A stretch of DNA of 30,982 nt from a virus (lineage: Duplodnaviria > Heunggongvirae > Uroviricota > Caudoviricetes). Positions 11,041 through 24,561 of the stretch are shown here, piece after piece. The notes below the pieces were generated by a model, which had not been told where the DNA came from, made no database searches, and was given only the letters and a program-made list of their open reading frames with translations. A program made the translations under genes and the position numbers. Numbering within the stretch: position 1 is the stretch's first letter; each line of letters starts with the position of its first letter. The stretch lies in IMG/VR virus record IMGVR_UViG_2563366805_000002. One strand, 5' to 3'.

Positions 11041-11615
11041 CGCTTTATTACCATCCTCAGTTGATGCTGCAGCGCATAGCCCAGCTCTTTCGGAAGACGC
11101 TCACGCCGTATCCGCTCAATATTCTGTTTAAACGCCGTGGTCAGCGGCACCGCCATCGGGATTTTCACCACATCAATGGGGTAACGATTTTTCCCGGCCA
11201 CACGCTGCATGACATGCCAGCGGCCATTTTTCAGTTGCTGAATAAACGCGCCGGGAATACGACGGTTTCCCACCACAAGCACGCTGCCGCCACCTTTCAG
11301 GGCTGAACGCTGCCCCTTTTTACGACGCCTGCGTCGGGACAGGACAATCCGCGCGTTACCCAGCTTTATTACGGGCAAATCCCCCCGGTTAACCCTGATT
11401 CTGGCCTGCGGATTTTTGACCGTGGCCCTTTTCAGCCTGGCCCTTTCCTTTACCAGTTTCCGGCGTACCTTTGTCTCACGGGCAACCTGTGACGCCGACT
11501 GCGATATCGCGGATGAAGCAACGCGGTTAATGGCCATTGCGGCGGCACCGGGCACCGCCGTTCTTCTGATACGGCTGAGGTTTTCAACGGCCTGCTCAAG
11601 ACCTTTTATGGCCAT
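11037..11615 (-). CDS. Z: Minor tail / tail completion protein Z
   Basis: 192-aa ORF, same length and position as lambda Z. Confidence 0.85.
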   Translation of the reverse strand: MAIKGLEQAVENLSRIRRTAVPGAAAMAINRVASSAISQSASQVARETKVRRKLVKERARLKRATVKNPQARIRVNRGDLPVIKLGNARIVLSRRRRRKKGQRSALKGGGSVLVVGNRRIPGAFIQQLKNGRWHVMQRVAGKNRYPIDVVKIPMAVPLTTAFKQNIERIRRERLPKELGYALQHQLRMVIKR

Positions 11616-11626
11616 ACATCCCCCTT

Positions 11627-11980
11627 TCAGCGGCGACGGTTAACGGCAGGCGGTACGCCCCGCCCAAGCCAGAGATGACAGCTTCCGCCATCATCCGGCG
11701 AAATCCGGTCTATCCAGAAGTTTTCCTCACCGATGGTCAGCGTGTCGCCGCGCCGCAGCTGCCGCACATCATCAGTCCGGACAAACAGGGACGGGCTGGA
11801 GCCTTCAACGCGCACGCCCTGTCCGGCATAGCTGATATTTTCAGGGTCATCAAAAACACCACGTATCACAGCACCGGACTGCTCACCGGATGTCATGGTG
11901 GCTGACGTTCCCATGTACCCGCGTATCGTTTCATCGGCGCGGGCAATGGCAGCATCGAACAGGTTATCGAAATCAGCCAC
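11627..11980 (-). CDS. FII: Head-tail joining protein FII
   Basis: 117-aa ORF, same length and position as lambda FII. Confidence 0.85.
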   Translation of the reverse strand: MADFDNLFDAAIARADETIRGYMGTSATMTSGEQSGAVIRGVFDDPENISYAGQGVRVEGSSPSLFVRTDDVRQLRRGDTLTIGEENFWIDRISPDDGGSCHLWLGRGVPPAVNRRR

Positions 11981-11991
11981 AGCGCCTCCCG

Positions 11992-12387
11992 TTATTGCAT
12001 TCTGGCCAGGCCGCGCTCTGTCATTTCAGCTGACACACCGGCAGAGACACGGAACGCCGTTCCCGGCAGCACAAATGCCACAGCCTCATCCCGCGTGGCG
12101 TGAAGTGCATCAGTATGCAGCGTCACCAGTGCCACAACCGTGACCAGATCAGCCGTATCAGTCACGGTATCCGGCTGCGCTGATACCACCTCATTTTCAT
12201 GTCCGGTCAGCGCATTTTCCGGGCTGACAGATGTGTCCTGACCGGCAGCGTCATCCGTGTCATCAATCTCCTCTTCCAGCTCTGCCACACGGAGCACCAG
12301 TTCTTCTTTCGTCCCCGTCAGGCTGACATCACGGTTCAGTTGCTCACCCAGCACCTGAAGACGGGCAATCAGTTCATCTTTCGTCAT
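11992..12387 (-). CDS. FI: DNA packaging / head assembly protein FI
   Basis: Start moved to ATG at 12385-12387 (MTKDELIARLQ...), which has a GGAGGAG SD; the ORF-track start at 12426 is a longer upstream extension. Confidence 0.8.
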   Translation of the reverse strand: MTKDELIARLQVLGEQLNRDVSLTGTKEELVLRVAELEEEIDDTDDAAGQDTSVSPENALTGHENEVVSAQPDTVTDTADLVTVVALVTLHTDALHATRDEAVAFVLPGTAFRVSAGVSAEMTERGLARMQ

Positions 12388-12428
12388 GGACTCCTCCACA
12401 GAGAGAAAATGGCCCCGAAGGGCCATGA

Positions 12429-13454
12429 TTACGCCAGTTGTACGGACACGAACGCATCAGGGTCAGCCAGCAGCATCAGCGGTGCTGACTGAATCATGGT
12501 GAACTCACGCGCCGGATCGCCGGTGGTCACCCAGTTTTTCGGGTAGCGGGCAGAGGCGTTAATACCTTCGCGCTGTGCGTCCGCATCCTGAATGCAGCCA
12601 TAGGTGCGCAGACCGCGTGCCTGAGTGTTCCCCAGCACCATCGTGTTGTCCGGAAGGAAGTTCTTTTTGACGTCGTTTTCCACGTACTGTCCGGAATACA
12701 CGACGATCGCCGTATCGCCATACATCCCCTTATAGGACACCGCTTCGCCCAGGTCTTTTACCGCTGTCTCCAGCTCGGAATTAGAGCCGCGACGGGTATC
12801 CAGCTTCTCCCTGACGGCTTTGAAGGAACGGAACAGCGCCCAGCCTTTCGGATCAAACACGATGATATTCACCACTCCGCTGGCGTTCAGCGCATAGGCT
12901 TCGATATCGTCGGTCGGGTCATACGTGGACTTGTCACGCTTGCTCCACTCCGTACCACCGGACTGTGTGATGTTGTTCGCCGCACTGCGGCCCATATCCA
13001 CCTCAACCGGATCGAAGGCTTCACCGGTCATGGTGTATTTGCCCTTAAGCACAGCAGAAACTGCCTGCATCTCTTCGACCTGAGCAATGGCCAGCTCTTC
13101 GTCTCGCATGTTCTGCATGATGATGCGACGGCGGCGGTAAGCCGGGTCCGCCAGATTCTGCGGATCTTCATCCGGCAGGCGACGCAGGGTCATCTGCGGA
13201 TTCACCTCATGCTTCGGCTTGACATATCCCGGTGTAAATTCAGAGGTGGAGCCGCCACGGGAGCGGATAACCTCACCGGAAACAATCGGCGAAACGTACA
13301 GCGCCATGTTTACCAGTCCCGGAATTTGTGAGAGATAGACTTTCTCCGTGGTGAAGGGATAGCTCTCACGGAAAAAGAGACGCAGAAACAGCGGATCAAA
13401 CTTAAATTTCTTCTCATTTGCCGCCAGCAGCTGGGCGGTTGTGTACATCGACAT
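12429..13454 (-). CDS. E: Major capsid protein E
   Basis: Start at MSMYTTAQLLAANE (ATG 13452-13454); 341 aa, matching lambda E length and sequence as I recall it. Confidence 0.9.
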   Translation of the reverse strand: MSMYTTAQLLAANEKKFKFDPLFLRLFFRESYPFTTEKVYLSQIPGLVNMALYVSPIVSGEVIRSRGGSTSEFTPGYVKPKHEVNPQMTLRRLPDEDPQNLADPAYRRRRIIMQNMRDEELAIAQVEEMQAVSAVLKGKYTMTGEAFDPVEVDMGRSAANNITQSGGTEWSKRDKSTYDPTDDIEAYALNASGVVNIIVFDPKGWALFRSFKAVREKLDTRRGSNSELETAVKDLGEAVSYKGMYGDTAIVVYSGQYVENDVKKNFLPDNTMVLGNTQARGLRTYGCIQDADAQREGINASARYPKNWVTTGDPAREFTMIQSAPLMLLADPDAFVSVQLA

Positions 13455-13509
13455 AAAAAAATCCCATAAAAAAAGCCGCACAGGCGGCCTTTAGTGATGA
13501 AGGGTAAGG

Positions 13510-13842
13510 TTAAACGATGCTGATTGCCGTTCCGGCAAACGCGGTCCGTTTTTTCGTCTCGTCGCTGGCAGCCTCCGGCCAGAGCACATCCTCATAACGG
13601 AACGTGCCGGACTTGTAGAACATCAGTGTGGTGCTGGTCTGGTCAGCAGCAACCGCCAGAATGCCAACGGCAGCACCGTCGGTGGTGCCATCCCACGCAA
13701 CCAGCTTACGGGTGGAGGTGTCCAGCATCAGCGGGGTCATTGCAGGCGCTTTCGCACTCAATCCGCCGGGCGCGGTTGCGGTATGAGCCGGGTCACTGTT
13801 GCCCAGCGGCTGGTAATGGGTAAAGGTTTCTTTGCTCGTCAT
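13510..13842 (-). CDS. D: Capsid decoration protein D
   Basis: Start at [12 protein letters not shown]; 110 aa, matches lambda D. Confidence 0.9.
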   Translation of the reverse strand: MTSKETFTHYQPLGNSDPAHTATAPGGLSAKAPAMTPLMLDTSTRKLVAWDGTTDGAAVGILAVAADQTSTTLMFYKSGTFRYEDVLWPEAASDETKKRTAFAGTAISIV

Positions 13843-13851
13843 AAACATCCC

Positions 13852-15151
13852 TTACACTGGTGTGTTCAGCAAATCGTTAACGGCATCAGATGCCGGGTTA
13901 CCTGCAGCCAGCGGTGCCGGTGCCCCCTGCATCAGACGATCCAGCGCAGTGTCACTGCGCGCCTGTGCACTCTGTGGTGCTGCGGCCAGAATGCGGCGGG
14001 CCGTTTCCACGGTCATACCGGGGGTTTCTGCCAGCACGCGGGCCTGTTCTTCGCGTCCGTGAGCCTCCTCACAGTTGAGGATCCCCATAATGCGGCTGTT
14101 TTCTGCCGCAACCGCAGCGGTGATCTGCGCGTTCACGTCCGGCTGCGCCGCGCTGGCGTTTTCGCCCTCCGTCGCTGGCACCACGTCAGTAACGTCAGCC
14201 TGCGAAGCAGTGGCTGAAACAGTTGTTGATTGAGTCTCTTTGGTCATTCGCCCTCCTGAGAGACGGGATTTACGTGCATCCAGTGCATCACGCATAACGG
14301 TGATCGCATCGGTGCTGTTGACAAGTTCATCAGCCAGTCCGGCATCAATGGCCTCCTGACCGCTGTACACTGCAGCCTCGGTATCCAGCACAGCCTGCAC
14401 GGACAGGCCGGTATATGCCGACACCTTCTGCGCAAACATCCGGCGGGTTGCATCCATCCGGGACTGCAGTGTCTCCCGGACGTCATCCGGAAGATGGCTG
14501 TAGGGGTTGCCATCCACCTTATGGCTGCCGCTGTAAATCAGCGTGATTTCCACGCCCTGTTTCTCCAGCGCAGCGCCGTAATTACTGTGAGCCATCATGA
14601 CGCCGATGGAGCCTGTCCGTGCGGTCTGCGTGACCAGACGTCGGGAGGCGGCACTGGCAAGCAGCTGACCTGCACTGCAGTTCATGTCGTTGGCCAGCGC
14701 CCATACCGGCTTTATGTCACGCACACGGGCGATGATGTCAGCGCAGTCAAATGCTCCCGCCACCATTCCGCCCGGTGTGTCCATATCGAGCAGAATGCCG
14801 TCCACCATCGGGTCGCTGGCAGCCTGTTGCAGACGGGCGATAATGCCGTTGTAACCGGTCATCCCCGAGTACGGCTGCAGCGCCCGCGTCCGGCTGACCA
14901 GCGTGCCGGACACCGGCAGCACGGCGATGCCGTTCATGACCTGATAACTGCGGGCCTGTCGTGGTCCGTCATCATCACCGGATAATGCCAGCGTCGCGGG
15001 TGCCTCCTGGGCAGTCAGGCTGTCGCCGGACACCGCATCCGTCAGGCGGCTGATCCCAAGCTGGCCTGCAAGCGCACAAAAGAAAACCCGCGCATAGGCG
15101 GGTTCAAGCATCAGCGGCTCATTAAAGGCCATGCTGGCAATATGCGGGAGA

Positions 15152-15171
<20 letters not shown>
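13852..15171 (-). CDS. C: Capsid assembly protease C (S49 peptidase family; the Nu3 scaffold is an in-frame C-terminal product)
   Basis: GTG start at 15169-15171 (VTAELRNLPHIASMAF...) preceded by an AGGAGA SD; 439 aa as in lambda C; overlaps the B 3' end by 20 nt as in lambda. The ORF-track N-terminal extension is rejected. Confidence 0.85.
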
Positions 15172-18852
<3,681 letters not shown>

Positions 18853-18878
<26 letters not shown>

Positions 18879-19398
18879 TCAGCAACCCCGGTATCAGTTC
18901 ATCCAGCGCGGCTGCTTTGTTCATGGCTTTGATGATATCCCGTTTCAGGAAATCAACATGTCGGTTTTCCAGTTCCGGAAAACGCCGCTGCACCGACAGG
19001 GGGATCCCGTCGAGAATACTGGCAATTTCACCTGCGATCCGCGACAGCACGAAAGTACAGAATGCGGTTTCCACCACTTCAGCGGAGTCTCTGGCATTCT
19101 TCAGTTCCTGTGCGTCGGCCTGCGCACGCGTAAGTCGATGGCGTTCGTACTCAATAGTCCCTGGCTGGAGATCTGCCTCGCTGGCCTGCCGCAGTTCTTC
19201 AACTTCCCGGCGCAGCTTTTCGTTCTCAATTTCAGCATCCCTTTCGGCATACCATCTTATAACGGCGGCAGAGTCATAAAGCACCTCATTACCCTTGCCA
19301 CCGCCTCGCAGAACGGGCATTCCCTGTTCCTGCCAGTTCTGAATGGTACGGATACTCGCACCGAAAATGTCAGCCAGCTGCTTTTTGTTGACTTCCAT
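18853..19398 (-). CDS. Nu1: Terminase small subunit Nu1
   Basis: 181-aa ORF beginning MEVNKKQLADIFGASIRTIQNWQEQGMPV (winged-HTH DNA-binding N-terminus), matching lambda Nu1. Confidence 0.9.
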
Positions 19399-19419
19399 TG
19401 TTCATTCCACGGCCAAAAA

Positions 19420-19620
19420 CAGAGAAAGGAAACGACAGAGGCCCAAAAGCTCGTTTTCAGCACCTGTCGTTTCCTTTCTTTTCAGGGGGTATTTTAAATA
19501 AAAACATTAAGTTACAACGAAGAAGAACGGAAACGCCTTAAACCGGAAAATTTTCATAAATAGCGAAAACCCGCGAGGTCGCCGCCCCGTAACCTGTCGG
19601 ATCGCCGGAAAGGACCCGCA
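19420..19620 (-). other. cos: cos region (cosB with cosN and flanking cosQ-side sequence), lambda-type
   Basis: The sequence between the Nu1 start and 19620 matches the lambda left-end/right-end junction as I recall it (complement of ...GGTTACGGGGCGGCGACCTCGCGGGTTTTCGCTATTTATGAAAATTTTCCGG...). Confidence 0.8.
19576..19587 (-). other. cosN: cosN 12-nt cohesive-end sequence (complement of GGGCGGCGACCT)
   Basis: Forward-strand aggtcgccgccc at 19576-19587 is the exact reverse complement of the lambda cohesive end. Confidence 0.85.
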
Positions 19621-19786
19621 AAATGATAATAATTATCATCTGCATGTCACAACGTGCATCTACGCCATCAAACCACGTCAAATAATCAATTATGACGCAG
19701 ATATCGTATTAATTGATCTGCATCAACTTAACGTAAAAACAACTTCAGACAATACAAATCAGCGACACTGAATACGGGACAACCTC

Positions 19787-20020
19787 ATGTCAACGAAGAA
19801 CAGAACCCGCAGAACAACAACCCGCAACATCCGCTTTCCTAACCAAATGATTGAACAAATTAACATCGCTCTTGAGCAAAAAGGGTCCGGGAATTTCTCA
19901 GCCTGGGTCATTGAAGCCTGCCGCCGGAGACTGTGCTCAGAAAAAAGAGTTTCTTCTGAAGCAAACAAAGAAAAGAGTGACATTACTGAATTGCTCAGAA
20001 AACAGGTCAGACCAGATTGA
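19787..20020 (+). CDS. ynfO: YnfO-like small prophage protein (77 aa)
   Basis: 77-aa ORF just beyond cos; size and context match Qin-prophage ynfO as I recall it. Function unknown. Confidence 0.55.
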   Translation: MSTKNRTRRTTTRNIRFPNQMIEQINIALEQKGSGNFSAWVIEACRRRLCSEKRVSSEANKEKSDITELLRKQVRPD

Positions 20021-20062
20021 AGCAATTTAGATAATCGTGCAGACTACGCCCCCTCATATCAC

Positions 20063-20488
20063 ATGGAAGGTTTATCTATGGATCAGGTAGTCATTTTTAA
20101 ACAAATATTTGATAAAGTTCGAAACGATTTAAACTATCAATGGTTTTATTCTGAGCTAAAACGTCACAATGTCTCACATTACATTTACTATTTAGCCACA
20201 GAGAATGTTCATATTGTATTAAAAAATGATAATACAGTGTTATTAAAGGGCCTAAAAAACATTGTGTCTGTCAAATTTTCAAAGGATAGGCATCTTATAG
20301 AAACGACCTCTAATAAGCTGAAATCCAGAGAGATCACATTTCAGGAATACAGAAGAAACCTTGCTAAAGCAGGAGTTTTTCGGTGGGTTACAAATATCCA
20401 CGAACAAAAAAGATATTACTATACCTTTGATAATTCATTACTATTTACTGAAAGCATCCAGAAAACTACACAGATCTTACCACGCTAA
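20063..20488 (+). CDS. ydfO: YdfO-like DUF1398 protein
   Basis: 141-aa ORF; the true start may be the Met at residue 6 ([11 protein letters not shown]...). Follows ynfO as in Qin and the lambda right end. Confidence 0.6.
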
Positions 20489-20639
20489 ACCATAACGTCC
20501 GGCTTCTCTCACTCCTGAGCCGGACTGCATTGGTTTAATAAAAACCATCAACAATTGTGATTTAGATATTCGGAACCATTCAAATATAACAAAACCCCGT
20601 AAAAACGAGGTTTATGGATAAATTTTATTATTGAATACA

Positions 20640-20812
20640 TCAGATTAAATTAATCTTGACATCATAGCTTTCAAGACCCGTCATTTTTTCCCGTGCGGTA
20701 AACTGAATACTGGTAACTTCTTTCCCGGTCTTTTTCTTAAGTTCAATAATTTTTTTGTTATATATTCAGAAATATCTGCTTCTGCTTTTGTTTTTAAGTT
20801 TTCAATATTCAT
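20640..20812 (-). pseudogene. gnsB: gnsB/gnsA-like gene with a 1-nt frameshift in a homopolymer
   Basis: Minus-strand ATG at 20810-20812 gives MNIENLKTKAEADISEYITKK, then the frame breaks in the T7 run at 20750-20756. Adding one base restores ...IIELKKKTGKEVTSIQFTAREKMTGLESYDVKINLI, stop at 20640-20642. The 173-nt span is one short of a multiple of three. Confidence 0.55.
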
Positions 20813-20983
20813 CATTTCCTCTTTTAGTCTGTTATGACTTTCCAGTTACACAGTAAGTCGATTATATGGTGCAAACGTGTAAAAGATAAGATGAAACATC
20901 GCAATAATCAACATACGATAGTCTAAATTTTACACAAACAGACAAAGAGAATTTTCCTGAATTATCAATGCAATAGCATCAAA

Positions 20984-21214
20984 TCAACTCAAGAGCCTTA
21001 TTGCTGCTTCCAGAATTTCTTCTGAAGTAACATGTCGATCCGCGGCTACATAAATGACTTTATGATCTCCGGTCAGAGATGGAAACCCTGCGGCCATTAC
21101 AGTAAGGTGTGTTTTTTCGCCATTTGGATATTCACGCATGATGGTGTTAACTCCAGTCATCGCTGGCACTACCACTGCTGGTTCAGAGTTAAAAAAAACT
21201 ATGATTTTTTTCAT
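20984..21214 (-). CDS. Hypothetical small protein (about 76 aa from MKKIIVFFNSEP...)
   Basis: ORF-track ORF 20984..21256; the internal ATG at 21212-21214 is the more plausible start. No recognised family. Confidence 0.3.
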   Translation of the reverse strand: MKKIIVFFNSEPAVVVPAMTGVNTIMREYPNGEKTHLTVMAAGFPSLTGDHKVIYVAADRHVTSEEILEAAIRLLS

Positions 21215-21485
21215 GATGTTACCGTAGTATGTGAGTATCCATCGAATAGACACCAAGCCAAAAAGCTCCCGAAGGAGCCTTCATTTTCACTTTTTTAAAT
21301 CCAACGACAGACGGCTGGCATTTAAGTATTGTGAAATATTATCAAATGTAATCATCATTGATTTACAAAAGATACATTTTGCCCCGAAAGGATTCATGTC
21401 AGAAACATCAAAAGATGATGTTCTATACTGGGAACCATGACAACACGGGCATCTAAAGTGAATATGGTTTGTAATATTGTCTACC

Positions 21486-21698
21486 TCAAAGCGCCACTAC
21501 ATGAACAGCGGCAGGACCTTTAGGTCCGTTCTCAATACCAAATTCAACTTCCTGATTCTCAGTTAATGTTTTGAAATCGTTGCTCTGAATTGCTGAGAAA
21601 TGGACAAACACATCTTTGCTGCCATCTTTCGGCGTGATGAAACCAAAACCTTTTTCAGGGTTAAACCATTTTACTAAACCAGTCATTTTGTTAGACAT
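21486..21698 (-). CDS. cspI: Cold shock protein CspI-like (CspA family)
   Basis: 70-aa [41 protein letters not shown] with RNP1/RNP2 motifs; matches E. coli CspI as I recall it. Confidence 0.85.
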   Translation of the reverse strand: MSNKMTGLVKWFNPEKGFGFITPKDGSKDVFVHFSAIQSNDFKTLTENQEVEFGIENGPKGPAAVHVVAL

Positions 21699-22048
21699 AA
21701 TTATTACCTTTTGAAGAAATTAGCCCTTGGGCAGAATGGTCCGAAAAAAAATATCAGAGAGAAAAACCAACAAGGAAATCTCAAGAGGTACAAATAATAA
21801 AATTATAACAATGACTGCTTCAGATAAATTTGTAACAAACCAGAACACCATTAACGCATGATTAACCACCCATAGCAAGGATTACTTTTGTAAAGAAAAA
21901 CACAGCAATGAAAGAATAGCTTTATTTATTAATAAAACGTGTCATTCTGATTAAGACCTTTTATCTTACCCTTAAGATTTCAGGAATTTTGGCTCATGGA
22001 AGAGTCCTTTTTATTTAAATTTTACATTCCGCGGGTAATGACTCCAAC

Positions 22049-22552
22049 TTATTGGTAGTGTTTTATGTTCAGATAATGCCCGATGACTTTGTCATGCAGC
22101 TCCACCGATTTTGAGAACGACAGTGACTTCCTGCCCAGCCTTGCCAGATGCTGCCTCAGATTCAGGTTATGCCGCTCAATGCGCTGCGTATATCGCTTGC
22201 TGATAACGTGCAGTTCTCCCTTCAGGCGTGATTCATAAAGCGGCCAGCCATCCGTCATCCATACCACGACCTCAAAGGCCGACAGCAGGCCCAGAAGACG
22301 CTCCAGCGTGGCCAGCGTGCGTTCACCGAATACGTGCGCAACAACCGTCCTCCGTATCCTGTCATACGCGTAAAACAGCCAGCGCTGGCGCGATTTAGCC
22401 CCGACATAGCCCCACTGTTCGTCCATTTCCGCGCAGACGATGACGTCACTGCCCGGCTGTATGCGCGAGGTTACCGACTGCGGCCTGAGTTTTTTAAATG
22501 GCGGAAAATCGTGTTGAGGCCAACGCCCATAATGCGGGCAGTTGCCCGGCAT
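22049..22552 (-). CDS. insB: IS1 InsB (normally expressed as the InsAB' transposase by a -1 frameshift)
   Basis: 167-aa ORF matching IS1 InsB; the A6C frameshift motif is present (complement of gtttttt at 22489-22495). Confidence 0.85.
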   Translation of the reverse strand: MPGNCPHYGRWPQHDFPPFKKLRPQSVTSRIQPGSDVIVCAEMDEQWGYVGAKSRQRWLFYAYDRIRRTVVAHVFGERTLATLERLLGLLSAFEVVVWMTDGWPLYESRLKGELHVISKRYTQRIERHNLNLRQHLARLGRKSLSFSKSVELHDKVIGHYLNIKHYQ

Positions 22553-22746
22553 CCAACGCCATTCATGGCCATATCAATGATTTTCTGGTGCGTACCGGGT
22601 TGAGAAGCGGCGTAAGTGAACTGCAGTTGCCATGTTTTACGGCAGTGAGAGCAGAGATAGCGCTGATGTCCGGCGGTGCTTTTGCCGTTACGCACCACCC
22701 CGTCAGTAGCTGAACAGGAGGGACAGCTGATAGAAACAGAAGCCAC
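22471..22746 (-). CDS. insA: IS1 InsA
   Basis: 91-aa [46 protein letters not shown] (zinc finger, HTH); GTG start. Confidence 0.85.
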   Translation of the reverse strand: MASVSISCPSCSATDGVVRNGKSTAGHQRYLCSHCRKTWQLQFTYAASQPGTHQKIIDMAMNGVGCRATARIMGVGLNTIFRHLKNSGRSR

Positions 22747-22796
22747 TGGAGCACCTCAAAAACACCATCATACACTAAATCAGTAAGTTGGCAGCA

Positions 22797-23072
22797 TCAC
22801 CGGATTTTCAATCTTAAAGGAGTACTGATGCTGCAGATAAGACTCAACTTTTCTGACAATTTTTCTGCTACTTCCAGGAAGACTTGCCGGACGCTCATTC
22901 TGGCTGCTGCCTCATAAAACTCCAGCGTAGCTCCTTCAACACGGTCCATGGCGACATCCAGGCCAAAAATTTCACCGTCAAAGCGTTCTTTGTCCTGTAA
23001 GGCTACAGTTACCGTAACTTTATTCTCAAAATTACGGACTCCTTTCACAACCAGTTCATAGCCTTGAGTCAT
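22797..23072 (-). pseudogene. ydfR: YdfR-like lysis-region protein, 3' end replaced by the IS1 terminus
   Basis: 91-aa ORF directly downstream of the holin; its stop codon (22797-22799) lies inside the IS1 terminal repeat. Assignment to YdfR is by size and context only. Confidence 0.4.
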
Positions 23073-23076
23073 TGGA

Positions 23077-23292
23077 TTATTCTCCTCTCGCAGCCTTACG
23101 CCTGTCTTCTTTAATCTTGAAATAAAGATTTGTCAGATACGTCAGCAGGCCAAAAACCAGGCTACCCAGCACACCGATTGCAGCCCACTGTGACGGAGTT
23201 ACTTTATCGAGTAACTGCAATGCCCAGAAACCAGCATTACCCGCCGATGTGCCATAGGCAACACCTGTTGTTAACTTATCCATTGATTTCAT
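23077..23292 (-). CDS. essQ: Phage holin (class II-like, EssQ/EssD-like)
   Basis: 71 aa from [30 protein letters not shown]... with two predicted TM segments and a charged C-terminus ([13 protein letters not shown]); SD GGTGAGGA upstream. Confidence 0.75.
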   Translation of the reverse strand: MKSMDKLTTGVAYGTSAGNAGFWALQLLDKVTPSQWAAIGVLGSLVFGLLTYLTNLYFKIKEDRRKAARGE

Positions 23293-23511
23293 ATCCTCAC
23301 CCCGATGTACACGGATGGTGCAATATGTTTGAAAAGATCGGAGTCTACGGGGTAGTTTTGACAGCACACGCTGTTCTCAACGGCGCTAAAGAAACATACA
23401 CATTAAAAATGTGAGTAATTATTTTGAAAGAAAGTCATATATAAAATAATAATACGAGAAATGTTTTCATATTTAGTGTACTGTATACGGCCATTTATAC
23501 AGGAAAAGCCT

Positions 23512-23682
23512 ATGTCAGAACGTAAAGACTCAAAATCACGCCGTAATTATCTCGTTAAATGTTCCTGCCCAAACTGCACCCAAGAGTCAGAACACAGTTT
23601 TTCAAGAGTACAAAAAGGTGCCCTTTTGATCTGCCCTCATTGCAACAAAGTATTCCAGACAAATCTTAAAGCTGTAGCCTGA
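23512..23682 (+). CDS. ynfU: Small zinc-ribbon protein (YnfU-like, 56 aa)
   Basis: MSERKDSKSRRNYLVKCSCPNCTQ...LICPHCNKVF carries CxCPxC and CPHC motifs; SD AGGAAA 7 nt upstream of the ATG at 23512. Confidence 0.5.
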   Translation: MSERKDSKSRRNYLVKCSCPNCTQESEHSFSRVQKGALLICPHCNKVFQTNLKAVA

Positions 23683-23744
23683 TTGATTTTATTAGTAACA
23701 AGTATTTTTTATATTTTAATAATATATTTAAAGCAGATAATAAA

Positions 23745-23764
23745 AAACCCGCCTGAGCGGGTTT
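23745..23764. terminator. Bidirectional rho-independent terminator hairpin between ynfU-like and cspB
   Basis: AAACCCGC-ctga-GCGGGTTT stem-loop flanked by an A-run (5') and T-rich sequence (3'), so it carries a U-tract in both orientations. Confidence 0.5.
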
Positions 23765-24045
23765 GAGATTGTGGTGCTTTTTGTGGGAGTCATCCACTTA
23801 CGCACTTTGTTTTGCCATGCCAGCAGTTAGCTTCTGCTGTAAAACTATTCATGCAGCAAACCTGCACTTCACCACAATGGTTAGCATACTTTTCCTGATT
23901 AAGATTTTGCCAAATATGCTGGCCATTGTTTCATGTATTGGACCTCCTTAATTTTTATTAAAGAAATCCAATATTCACTACTCTGTCCGTATCTCTACTC
24001 AGGCATCAGCCTTCTTCGTTATCGTATACAGACGAGCGATGAATT

Positions 24046-24261
24046 TTAATCAGTAATGATGACATTTGCTGCTGCAGGACCTTTAGCACCACTCTCTATA
24101 GAGAAGGTAACCTTTTGACCTTCAAATAAGGTTCGATAATTATCATTCTGAATCGCAGAAAAATGCACAAACACATCTTTACTACCATCAACAGGAGAAA
24201 TAAAGCCGAAACCTTTATCAGCGTTAAACCATTTTACTAAACCAGTCATTTTATTTGACAT
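24046..24261 (-). CDS. cspB: Cold shock protein CspB-like
   Basis: 71-aa [56 protein letters not shown]...; matches E. coli CspB as I recall it. Confidence 0.85.
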   Translation of the reverse strand: MSNKMTGLVKWFNADKGFGFISPVDGSKDVFVHFSAIQNDNYRTLFEGQKVTFSIESGAKGPAAANVIITD

Positions 24262-24561
24262 TCTACATTCCTTAACTTGAGCCTTTCGGCATAAATGGTT
24301 TGCATAACAGAAACGACTTCGTACTTAATTGGAGAGACTCAAAGAAGGAATAAGTGAATAACACCTGAAATGAGAACTGCTTTAGTAAACTACTTCGTAT
24401 ATCGTCTGTTCTTCAAACCGACGCAATCATTAACGCATAGTTGAACATATGAAGCAATGTTTATTTTAGACATCCAGCCATCTTCAACCCCATCAAAAAA
24501 CTATAGCTTTCTTCAGGAACGTGTGTATAGTGCGCCAAGTTATCAGTATTAAGGAATTTTT

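Larger units (their letters stand above)
22034..22801 (-). mobile_element. IS1: IS1 insertion sequence, complete (768 bp)
   Basis: Terminal inverted repeats GGTAATGACTCCAACTTATTG at 22034 and ...CAGTAAGTTGGCAGCATCACC ending at 22801; contains insA and insB. The 9-bp flanks differ (cattccgcg versus ggattttca), so there is no target-site duplication. Confidence 0.9.

Noticed and set aside
20499-20525. Inverted repeat TCCGGC...GCCGGA after ydfO
   Set aside because: Short stem with a 15-nt loop and no following U-tract; insufficient to call a terminator.
23763-23951. 62-aa hydrophobic plus-strand ORF between ynfU-like and cspB
   Set aside because: It starts inside the terminator hairpin, has no SD, and overlaps the cspB 3' region.
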